Positions 1 to 8,816 of a DNA stretch of 13,520 nt are shown piece after piece. The position numbers and the translations under genes were made by a program. The number at the start of each line of letters is the position of its first letter. The stretch's first letter is position 1. Under the pieces are notes generated by a model. The model was not told the origin of the DNA. It did not search any database and worked only from the letters and a program-made list of their open reading frames with translations. Where the stretch lies: positions 1 through 13,520 of the forward strand of contig JBHGNT010000944.1 of assembly GCA_043228905.1 (NCBI GenBank). Reading direction: 5' to 3'. Origin of the DNA: Azolla caroliniana. Its lineage: Eukaryota > Plantae > Polypodiophyta.

Positions 1-168
1 CATGTGACCAAGAAGAGAGCATCACAGAAAAGAAAAGAGAGATCAAGAAAGAAGAGTATTGGGTTAAGAATGTTGTTTTGATCCTGTGAAGAGCATGACG
101 AGCCTTGTTAGATCCCCATCGCTCACACGCAAAAAACATCAAAACAACAAAAAACATTGTTAGTAAAT

Positions 169-180
169 GCTTTGATACCA
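169..180 (-). promoter_or_regulatory. Primer-binding site (tRNA-iMet type)
   Basis: Plus GCTTTGATACCA = minus TGGTATCAAAGC, adjacent to the LTR terminus at 182. Confidence 0.8.
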
Positions 181-181
181 C

Positions 182-657
182 TGTTAAGAGTCTATTACTA
201 ATCAATAGACCAAAGTATAGTAAAAGAAGGAAAATAGATTGGATAGAAGAACCCGTTCCACCCGACCACCCCCGAGCTATGATCTAGACATAGCCAACCT
301 ACCACCGAATATTAGGATGACTAATACCTTGGAAGAGATAAACACGATCATCGAGACGAAAGCCTAGCCCGCACCACCGGTGTCTAAGACAACAACCTTC
401 CGACGTCATGTGATTATGAGGGTAGCTAAGCCTCATATTTATACATTTTCCTAGGCCCCTTGAATAGAAGTGCGTTTCTAAAAGGCTCTCCATTCATTGG
501 TTGTCCAAATCATGATAGTGCATGCACCTATCATTCCTTCTATCCAATCATTAGTCCCCTTTCTAACATTAGTGAACATACCCTTCACTAATGTAAATAT
601 TGGTGACCTACCCTCACCAACGTTATGTGTAGATAACTAAGTCGGCACATCCACACA
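182..657 (-). repeat. 5' LTR (~476 bp) of the minus-strand element
   Basis: Minus strand reads TGTGTGGAT...TTAACA, with TATAAATA at 436-443. The 182 end is fixed by the PBS. The 657 end is inferred from the abrupt switch to an unrelated coding remnant at 658-659; an alternative end is TAACA at 568. Confidence 0.6.
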
Positions 658-1130
658 AGTCGGAGCAAGTGGTAGCGGCGGCAGAGTCAAGAAGGACAAA
701 GCCGACCGGAAGAAGGCCAAGACTCGGACGTGGTCCAATGTGGTGAAGGGCCTAAAAATGGAAGATGAGTTGGAGACTACCAACTCGGACAAGAGTTGGA
801 ACGAATCGGAAGAAGCCTAGTAGTAGCCTAGACTACGAGGTAATCATTATCTCGTAGTTAGTGTTAGTCGCTCGTATGAGCATTGAAGTACATAGTACTT
901 TTGTCAGTCCTTTTGAGGACTTGTATAAATAGTGATGTTTAACACGTTGTATGTACAAAGTTATAGAGTGATATTTTGAATTGAGTTTATGTTCTACTCT
1001 CTCTCTCTCTCTCTCTTTGTCTCTCCCACGCATATTCTCTGTGTTAAGCTCTCCATTAAACCTTTTCTCATTTTCTATTGTTATCCTACTGAGCCAGTTT
1101 GTCTAACGCTTCCGCATGCTAACTTTTACA
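658..1130 (+). mobile_element. 3' remnant of an LTR retrotransposon (probably copia-like): polyprotein-like tail joined to the right part of an LTR
   Basis: Open frame 659-820 (VGASGSGGRVKKDKADRKKAKTRTWSNVVKGLKMEDELETTNSDKSWNESEEA*). It is followed by TATAAATA (924-931), a CT tract, TCCATTAAA, ACGCTTCCGCA and terminal ...TTTTACA (1130). The same motif order occurs in the copia LTR at 2490-2768 (TCCATTAAA...ACGTTTCCGCA...CACA). No PBS follows; LINE sequence starts at about 1131. Confidence 0.55.
997..1016. repeat. (CT)10 microsatellite within the LTR remnant
   Basis: Read directly from the sequence. Confidence 0.9.
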
Positions 1131-2489
1131 ATGTATATATGTTGATCATACAAAATGATGAATATAAATGCTACATATGGCTCAAAATAGGAACACCCAA
1201 TAATTTGCCCATTTTTGTAGTTGGATGTTACATTCCTCATCAATATTCAAACTTTTATGCTTGTTTGGATAAAGATAAACCTTTTGTCAATCTACAAGAT
1301 AATATTACTTATTTCAAATCCAAATAGGAAGTTATTGTCTTTGGTGACATGAATGCTCGTATAAGAAGTTTCCAACTAGTTGCACAACAATCTTTCATGC
1401 CACATATATGAAAGATGTAAGAGGATATTCAAACGTATAGCCACTCTTCTAGTGATGAAAAAGATCTGAACAAATTTGGGAACTTACTCCTACAAATGTG
1501 CAATAATACTAGATTGCTTATTGCAAATGGTGTATCCTTATGGCCCAAAACTAATGGTTTTACATGTAGAAAACACAAGGAAATAGTGTGATTGACTATA
1601 TGTTACTTTCTAAAGGTATTTTGGGTTGTATACATGAATATTCACATGGTGAATGGACACTAAAATCCAATCATAGGACTTCATGTATTGACCTCAATGT
1701 ATGCATATGTTTGATTGTGACGAGGCCATTGAAGATTATAAACAACTACACTTGAGCATGAACATTAAGTGAGCACCCATGTATTCCAAGATGGTTGAGG
1801 ATATGTTACAAATGACAACTTAGATACAACATGGTGCCACACTAGAATGCGAATAGGAAGCTTTAAGAAAATCATTCTCTCATGCACAAACAAATGTTTT
1901 TCGACCAAGCATGCATCTTGGAAATGCACCAAGAAATGTAGTTCAAAGAAAAAAGGGTTTGATAAAGAATATCATGAAGCTAGGAAGTGCCTTATGACTT
2001 TGGATGTAGTCAAGGATACAAAAAATAACCAAAAGCATTTGCATGAGTACAAAAGGCTTATTGAAAGAAAGGGAAGATTATGGGAAGGTACTCAACAATA
2101 TCTCGAAACACAAAAGAAAGCACATGCATGTGCTAAAATTTGGGGAAATCTAAAGGTGAAATGTGTTGAGAGTTATGGTAACTTAAATCTTCTTGACTTA
2201 TCTATACATTGTAAGAATTTATATGAGTTATCTCTTGCCGGAAAGATGATGTGTTATGGTTGTCTTTCACATATGTCTCCCTTCTTTACAATAATTTGAA
2301 GATATATGAATAGGACTTACAAAATTGGGCTCTTGAAAGGCATATGACCTTTAACGTATAAAGGTTGAAATGCTCAAATAGATACAAAAGGAAGCACATG
2401 CATGGATAAGAGATATGTTTAATCATGCATTACAATATGGCATGTCGTACAATTGGATACAATTTGAGATGTAAATAATGTAAACAACT
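1131..2489 (+). mobile_element. Decayed LINE ORF2, 5' part: AP-endonuclease domain and linker
   Basis: Endonuclease-like motifs in broken frames: IWLKI...VGCYIP, VIVFGDMNAR (GDMNAR at 1343-1360), NKFGNLLLQMC...IANG (1469-1531), NSVIDY (1582-1599), SNHR in place of SDH (1666-1677). Many stops and frameshifts. Confidence 0.85.
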
Positions 2490-2768
2490 TGTTGGCATAA
2501 AAGGCAGACTCCTTCCAAATTGTATCCGTCCGAGTGTGAACTCGTTAATAAGTTAGGGCTTAGTATATAAGCAAATACCTAACATTGTAATGAGTGATGA
2601 CGAGTAGAGTATTGTATCTCTGAGAAAGAACGAAGTAAGAAGAAGCTTTCCATTAAAGCTCCATATGTGTAAGTCTCCACGTCTATTCTATTTTCTGTAT
2701 GTGTTGTTTGTTGTCCAGTACCAACTACAAATCCATACACGTTTCCGCACCTAGCACTCGTACTCACA
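2490..2768 (+). repeat. 5' LTR of the copia element (279 bp)
   Basis: TGTTGGCAT...ACTCACA. Aligns without gaps to 4882-5160 with 17 substitutions by manual count (~94% identity). Followed by the PBS. Confidence 0.97.
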
Positions 2769-2770
2769 AC

Positions 2771-2783
2771 TAGTATCAGAGCC
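2771..2783 (+). promoter_or_regulatory. Primer-binding site, tRNA-iMet type, one G>A change
   Basis: TAGTATCAGAGCC versus canonical TGGTATCAGAGCC, 2 nt after the LTR end. Confidence 0.9.
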
Positions 2784-2865
2784 GAATTTCTTTTGTTGTT
2801 TGGCGGCAACAAGAAATCAAAGACACAACCGAATTGACAAGAGTCGGCAAAGGCATAGTTGCTAA

Positions 2866-4710
2866 GAGGCCAGTAAGAACCAAGTCGACAACAACACAAG
2901 GGAGAACAACCAGACACCACCGAAATCCCAAACCGAGGGCAGGACACCTAAAAAGACTCCTGACGCAACTGGTTCAACAAATACCGATTGTCAATCTGAA
3001 CCGATTGAAGAACTCGAACCAGATATTACAGCATCCAGGAGATTTGGACGAGCTCGAAGGCAAATAAAGTTTTATCAACCAGGCCTTGACTATGTTCACT
3101 ACACGGATGCATGCGAACCACGCATGCATGACGAAGCTATGGCTGCACCGGACACCGAAACATGGTTGCAGGCCATGAAATCCGAAATGGACTCGATTCA
3201 TCATAATCAGACATGGGAGCTGGTTGAACTACCAGCAGGAAGAAAGCCACTACCTTGCAAATGGGTGTTCCGATACAAGTATGTATCCAACTCAGAGAAA
3301 CCCAAGTACAAAGCTCGGCTAGTCGCGAAAGGATTCAAACAGGAATACGAGATCGACTACGACGAGATATTCTCACAAATAGTCAAGATGACCACCCTCC
3401 GACTCCTACTAGGAGTCGTGGCGACAGAAGATCTAGAGCTTGAGCAGATGGACATAAAAACGGCATTCCTACACGGAGATCTGGAACAAGACATATACAT
3501 GTCTCAACTGGTAGGCTTCACGGCAATGGGGGAGGACAATCACCTCGTATGTCGACTAAAGAAAAGTCTATATGGCCTAAAACAAGCACCGAGAATGTGG
3601 TACCAGAAGTTTGACTCCTACATACGGCAGCTTGGATACAACAGATCAGACTCTGACCCATGCACGTATGTTTGGCAACTGGCCAACGAGTCAAGGATCT
3701 ATCTAATCCTATACGTCGACGACATGTTGATTGCATGGAGCAATCAAGCAAAGATCGGTAAGCTGAAGCGGAGCCTTCACGCAAAGTTCGTGATGAAGGA
3801 ACTCGAACAAGCCCGACACATATTGGGCATGAGGATAGAGCGAGATCGGACGACCAAAACTCTCCGACTCTCCTAGTCTGAATACATCGGCAAGGAGTTG
3901 AAGCGCTTCAACATGGAGAACGCGAAACCAGCACCGACACCGCTTCCGACGTCGATCAAACTATCGGATAGAGGCTCTCCTACAATGGACAAGGAGAGAG
4001 AGCTTAATGGAAAGATACCCTATGCATCGGCAGTAGGAAGTATCACGTACGCAATGGTGGCGACCTGACCTGACCTAGCCTATGTTGTAGGGGTGGTCAG
4101 CCAGTACATGTCAAACCCAGGAAAGAAGCACTAGGAGGCCGTCAAGCACATCCTTAGGTATCTAAAAGGAACCACGGATGCACAGCTAACTTTTGGACTA
4201 ATAATCTTAGCCGAAATCGAAGGCTACACCAACTCCGATTATGCCGGGAACACAGACAATCAGAAATCGACTGGCTACATATTCACCTATGGTGGCGGTG
4301 CGATATCATGGAGGTCGAAACTTCAAGAGTGCACGACTCTGTCTACCATAGAAGCCGAGTATATAGCAACATCGGATGCAGCGAAGGAAGCGATCTAGCT
4401 GCACTGACTGACTGCTGACTTCGGAACTACAAACCGAATAAACAAACCAACGCCGACTATCTATTACGACTCACAGAGCACAATACGCCTCATCAACAAT
4501 CTCATCTACCATGCGAAGAAGAAGCACATTGAGGTGTTGTATCATCATATCTGGGAGCTCGTGACCGAGAAGAAACTCGAAGTCCGGAAGATCGACACCG
4601 AGGTGAACATCGTCAATTGCCTAACGAAGCCATTCCCAGATCAACGCTTCGGAACAGTAAGGACGAAGATGGGGCTACGACAAACGACCGAGCAGAAGAA
4701 AGCCGAATGA
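2866..4710 (+). pseudogene. pol: Copia pol remnant: IN-RT linker, reverse transcriptase (RVT_2 type) and RNase H
   Basis: One frame carries KARLVAKGFKQ, QMDIKTAFLHG, LYGLKQAPR, LYVDDM, PYASAVGS, GYTNSDYAG, ISWRSKLQ, EAEY, KHIEV and LTKP. In-frame stops at 3874, 4066, 4132, 4396 and 4405; terminal TGA at 4708-4710; no frameshift seen. Confidence 0.95.
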
Positions 4711-4870
4711 GGAGCAGAAGGGAAGAGCTGACCGACACTCATACTATACCTCTGCCAACTCGGCTACTTGCCAACAGACTTGTAACATAAGATCTAGTTA
4801 AATATGTAATCTAGGTTTACGGGGGAGATAACCCCAAGCACTTGTACATGCAAGAAAGAGTGGTCCTTTT

Positions 4871-4879
4871 ACGAGGGAG
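4871..4879 (+). promoter_or_regulatory. Polypurine tract of the copia element
   Basis: ACGAGGGAG, 2 nt before the 3' LTR. Confidence 0.8.
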
Positions 4880-4881
4880 TT

Positions 4882-5160
4882 TGTTGGCATAAAAGGCCGA
4901 CTACTTCCAAATTGTATCCGTCTGAGTGTGAACTCGTTAATAAGTTAGGGCTTAGTATATAAATGAATACCGAACATTGTAATGAGTGATGACGAGCAGA
5001 GTATTGTATCTCTGAGAAAGAACGAAGTAAGAAGAAACTTTCCATTAAAGCTCCATTTGTGTAAGTATCCACGCTTATTCTATTTTCTGTATGTGTTGTT
5101 TGTTGTCCAATACCAACTACAGATCCATACACGTTTCTGCACCTAGCACTCATACTCACA
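4882..5160 (+). repeat. 3' LTR of the copia element (279 bp)
   Basis: Direct repeat of 2490-2768, preceded by the PPT and followed by TSD CAACT. Confidence 0.97.
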
Positions 5161-6810
5161 CAACTATCAAGCCATCATGGTTGGCTCGCTAATGGCAACA
5201 CTATTTGGATGTATAATGAAATCAAAGATAAGTCATTAGACTGAAAAAAATGGTAAGAGAGTTGATGGACAAGTTGACCTTTGAAAACACCATTGATCAC
5301 TTTATCACCCTTCGAGTATTAATGGAACAAAGTATCCTTAAATGTAAAGGTTTATATTGTTGCTTCATAGACTTCAAGAAAGCTTTTGATATAGTACCTT
5401 GTGACCATCTTTGAAAGTGAATGGAAGAAAACGAGGTGTCAAGTGAATATATGTTTGCCATTTCTTGAAACTATGAGAAGGTTATATGTTGTATGTATGA
5501 GCGATAGACTTTCAGATTTTTTTCGATAGCGCTTTTGGCGTATGACCGATAGACTTTCATTAACTCTATTTGGTCTATGCGTTCGTTCATGAATTGGAAG
5601 AAATGGTTGCCAAGTTTATAACAGAAGAAGTTGTTATTGAGAATGTAGTCATTATGCTTTTGTTATATGCAGATAATGTAGTGCTTTTTGCAAATACTTT
5701 AGGAGTTACACAAAAGCTAATAAAGGCATTGGAACAATTTTGCATGCATACTAAATTAATTGTCAAGACTCAATAGCTCTGAAACTAAGATTATGCTTGT
5801 GACGAGCCAAAAAAAAGATTTAAATCATAGAGATGTACAAAGTATTCAAAAAAATCTTTTTTTTAAAAACCATGCATTATGTACAATAATGAGACACCTG
5901 AATGTGTGGAAAGTTTCAAAAATCTTAGCCTTGAAGTTCCTTCAAATCATAGATGGAATGAATGTGCTACACGCCGCTTAAAGGTGGGAAAGAGAGCATA
6001 GTATGCATTTAAGAACACTTGCAATCATGCAAATATTAAGTGTTGGGTCCTCAAGAAATACTTTTTTGACACTTTGATGACACTAGTGCTTCTCTATGGG
6101 GGTTGAAGTATGAGGTGGTAGTGTCCCAAAATCTACTTTGAAAGAGTTTGAAAATGTCCAAAAACATTTTCTTACAAAGTTTCTACGAGTTAAGAACTAA
6201 TCGTCATACATCTTCCTCTCATAAAGTCCCTCGCATCGACTTCCTAAAATTGCATGGGAAGTAAACAAAAAGATCCAAAAGATGTATAAAAGCAAAATTT
6301 TGTGTTCTTGTTAGATACAAAATATAGAAAAATGGTTTGGTAGATAGGATGCAACACACTTCATGATGCATCACTAGATTCCTCTGTAAACGAGGATTTT
6401 TGTAACGCCAATATATCATGACATGGGACAAATGTGGAGGCTCATGCTTCACACATTATACAAATATGTTGCACCCAATTACATGTTAGAGCCCATCACA
6501 TTGTTTGCCATTCTAACCATTGTTTTCATATAACTCATCTCACATGCATTGCGATGTGAGACAAGGCGTTGAGGCACAAATGATAAGAGTGGTCGATTAT
6601 ACACAATTTGCCCGAAACAATTTTGAGAGACTTAAGTATTACAATTTGATACAATGTTTTGCCTTTGATCATATTCAATCATACTTTCCACGCATCTTTA
6701 ACCAAGCCAATCCTTGCATAAATTTCTCTCAACACCACAATGTATACTCTCGATTACAACATTCATTGGTAAAGTTCTTGAACATCGAGTCGCTATTCAC
6801 TTTCACGTGA
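5161..6810 (+). mobile_element. Decayed LINE ORF2, 3' part: reverse transcriptase and C-terminal Cys/His region
   Basis: NYQAIMVGSLMATLF directly after the TSD, IDHFITLRVLME, CFIDFKKAFD (5361-5390), LLYADN (YADN at 5666-5677, for YADD), TKIM, LLYG, ENVQKHFL, SHALRCET (6540-6563) and a degenerate zinc knuckle. Many stops and frameshifts. The 3' boundary is approximate. Confidence 0.88.
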
Positions 6811-6980
6811 AATGTAATATTGTCTCATTGATCATATTTTACCTTCGAGACGATAATAGAATCTCTCTCACACACATTATGATCATAATATACATATTAC
6901 ATTGGTTTGTGTAAATCATAGACATTAGAGCAAGCTCATATGTATATATTGTTTTTTCCGAATTTTTGTTTGTTTTGGGT

Positions 6981-8816
6981 TTAAGCGTCTTCATCACTAC
7001 TTAGTCTTTTTGCCACTTTAGAAAACAAACTCCTCATAGATATGAGAAAAGCATCCTCCACATCCCTTAACTTCGAATTAGGCCTAGCATAAACCAACCC
7101 TGGCATTATTTCATAAATGATCCTAACCCTCATCTCTTGCCTTACAGACACTGCAATCTTTTGTAGTTCATGGATAACATTAACTTTCCCTTGTCGAATG
7201 TCAAAGGCAGGGATATAAACTGAATACGAGGTTGGGTCGGACGGAAGGTGCCATGGGTATTGATAATAAGCAGTGAAAGGGTCAAACAAGACCGGGATAC
7301 ATCCAGCAATGAGAGAATCGAACAAAGACCTCCTCGTGACACTATGGTCTCCCGAAGGCTGGAGACAAAACTCGGAATGCAAGAGGAAATGCATGATAGA
7401 GGGGGGTTGGGTGCACGGGTCTGAATTATCAGCATCTTCCCCTCCACATGCCGAATAGATGCACACCCCTTTGGGCCCATCCAAACATTGTCTTATCAAG
7501 AAGGGGTTGATATTCTCGTCGTGGTATGGATGTACGGAAGTTTGTTGGAGTGCATTGAGACTTATAAGGCGTGTCCTCTCGGACCCATCCACAACCCCTT
7601 GCCAGTCCCTCACATCTCGATCGATCCGAGGGTGGAAAAACGTTGGGTACGGTACCCCCACGTCGTGTGGGTGCCACGGTTGGCGTTCGATCAAGAGTTT
7701 AGTGATCTCTTGCATCTCAGGCTGAAGCAAAAGATTATTGCCCCACCCATTACTATTAGCACCACCACTACTACTACTATTGTCATTGTTGTTATTGTTG
7801 GGTCTTCTAAAATCCCATGAAGACTTACCCAACACGAGAACATGGTCTTTCCCTTTGTTTCTTCCCCATGTGGGTTGCTTTCGAAGCCAATTGATGAGCT
7901 CTAGCCCTAGCCGATCCCGTTGCTCGAGGCTGGCATTGCCGCCCGAGAAGACGTGCCATCGAAGCACATCAAGCCCTCCATAGTAAGGTATATAAAAGAG
8001 GTTGGCTTCCGCAGGATTATTGGAAAGGCATTGGAATCTCTTCAATCTCTCGTGAAAGAGTATCTCAAGGGAGAATTGATGGGTATCAAACCATTGCCCT
8101 AAAGGCATCATTTCAGCAAATGGGTTCTTGAATTTCCCCATTTTCTTTGTTCGGGTCTTCTCCAAATGGGCACTCAATTTACCCTTTTCTTTCTGTGTCT
8201 GGTTATCCACATCCATCACTGATTTGCCCATCCCTGAATTGGAGAAGAAATCACACATACTAGTCCAAGGGATCAAGCTCTCACACAGCCCAACAAGCTC
8301 TACATTGAACATAGCAGGAAGATCATATATATAGACCTTCCTTCCTTCACAAGAGGAGCTTATACCGCGAGAGAGGAGCGCGGCATCATCTTCATTCGGG
8401 TGACCATCACCGTCGTAAACATCAGCACTTCGGCGAAGCTCTTCCATAAGCCTCTCCACATCTTGATGGGCCATGTGGGCCTTCTCATAAGAAGAAGAAG
8501 AAAGGACATTTTCTTGCAGAGATTGAGTGTGACTCTGGACCTGGAGAGATAAGTTATGGTGATGGGTGTTGGGTAAGGGATCATCGTCTTTGAGCCATGG
8601 CAGGGGGTGGGAGGTTAAATTAAGTGGGTTCTTATCACTGACAGCATCATCGTGTTGATGGCCATGATGATGGTGTTGGCCAGCAAGTATGGTGGTGGTG
8701 GTGGTGGTGGTGGAGCTCTGCAGGGTTCTTCTGTAGAGGAAGGGGAGGATGACACAGAGGGTCCAGAGGCAGAATACGAGAGCGAGGCACATGGAAGCCA
8801 CATTCCTCATCGGCAT
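6981..8816 (-). CDS. XUT1: GT47/exostosin-family Golgi type II glycosyltransferase, xyloglucan galacturonosyltransferase XUT1-like (MUR3/KATAMARI1 group), 611 aa
   Basis: Uninterrupted ORF with an N-terminal transmembrane anchor and a low-complexity stem. Motifs CEGRKVYIYDLP, WFDTHQFSLE, PYYGGLDVLRWH, GKDHVLVLGKSSWDFRR, LLIERQPW, PTFFHP, SEFCLQP, TRRSLFDSLIAGCIPVLF, TAYYQYPWHLP. The family is secure; XUT1 orthology rests on recalled motif similarity. Confidence 0.92.
   Translation of the reverse strand: MPMRNVASMCLALVFCLWTLCVILPFLYRRTLQSSTTTTTTTILAGQHHHHGHQHDDAVSDKNPLNLTSHPLPWLKDDDPLPNTHHHNLSLQVQSHTQSLQENVLSSSSYEKAHMAHQDVERLMEELRRSADVYDGDGHPNEDDAALLSRGISSSCEGRKVYIYDLPAMFNVELVGLCESLIPWTSMCDFFSNSGMGKSVMDVDNQTQKEKGKLSAHLEKTRTKKMGKFKNPFAEMMPLGQWFDTHQFSLEILFHERLKRFQCLSNNPAEANLFYIPYYGGLDVLRWHVFSGGNASLEQRDRLGLELINWLRKQPTWGRNKGKDHVLVLGKSSWDFRRPNNNNNDNSSSSGGANSNGWGNNLLLQPEMQEITKLLIERQPWHPHDVGVPYPTFFHPRIDRDVRDWQGVVDGSERTRLISLNALQQTSVHPYHDENINPFLIRQCLDGPKGVCIYSACGGEDADNSDPCTQPPSIMHFLLHSEFCLQPSGDHSVTRRSLFDSLIAGCIPVLFDPFTAYYQYPWHLPSDPTSYSVYIPAFDIRQGKVNVIHELQKIAVSVRQEMRVRIIYEIMPGLVYARPNSKLRDVEDAFLISMRSLFSKVAKRLSSDEDA
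8690..8713. repeat. (TGG)8 coding microsatellite, poly-Thr in the GT47 stem
   Basis: Read directly; matches the Thr run after LQSS in the ORF. Confidence 0.85.

Larger units (their letters stand above)
1..657 (-). mobile_element. 5' end of a minus-strand LTR retrotransposon (5' LTR, PBS, leader); body lies left of the window
   Basis: Reverse complement of 169-180 is TGGTATCAAAGC, a tRNA-iMet-type PBS with one mismatch to TGGTATCAGAGC. It lies 1 nt after an LTR-type end ...CTTAACA (plus TGTTAAG at 182). No coding domain is visible, so the superfamily is unassigned. Confidence 0.75.
2490..5160 (+). mobile_element. Ty1/copia LTR retrotransposon, 2,671 bp, lacking gag/protease/integrase, inactive
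   Basis: Two 279-bp TG...CA LTRs, 5-bp TSD CAACT (2485-2489 and 5161-5165), PBS, PPT, and copia-type RT and RNase H. Confidence 0.97.

Noticed and set aside
182-568. Shorter LTR definition TGTTA...TAACA
   Set aside because: That end would cut hairpin H1 (566-594) and leave 569-657 unexplained. 657 is preferred, but unproven without the partner LTR.
566-624. Palindromic ~30-bp repeats as a CRISPR-like array or terminators
   Set aside because: Only two diverged units, no spacers and no cas genes; eukaryotic LTR context.
989-2299. ORFs 989-1327 and 1847-2299 as host genes
   Set aside because: The first is an LTR/LINE chimera and the second lies in the decayed LINE linker.
2579-2947. Minus-strand ORFs 2579-2947 and 4869-5159 with nearly identical peptides, resembling a duplicated gene
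   Set aside because: They are antisense readings of the two copia LTRs.
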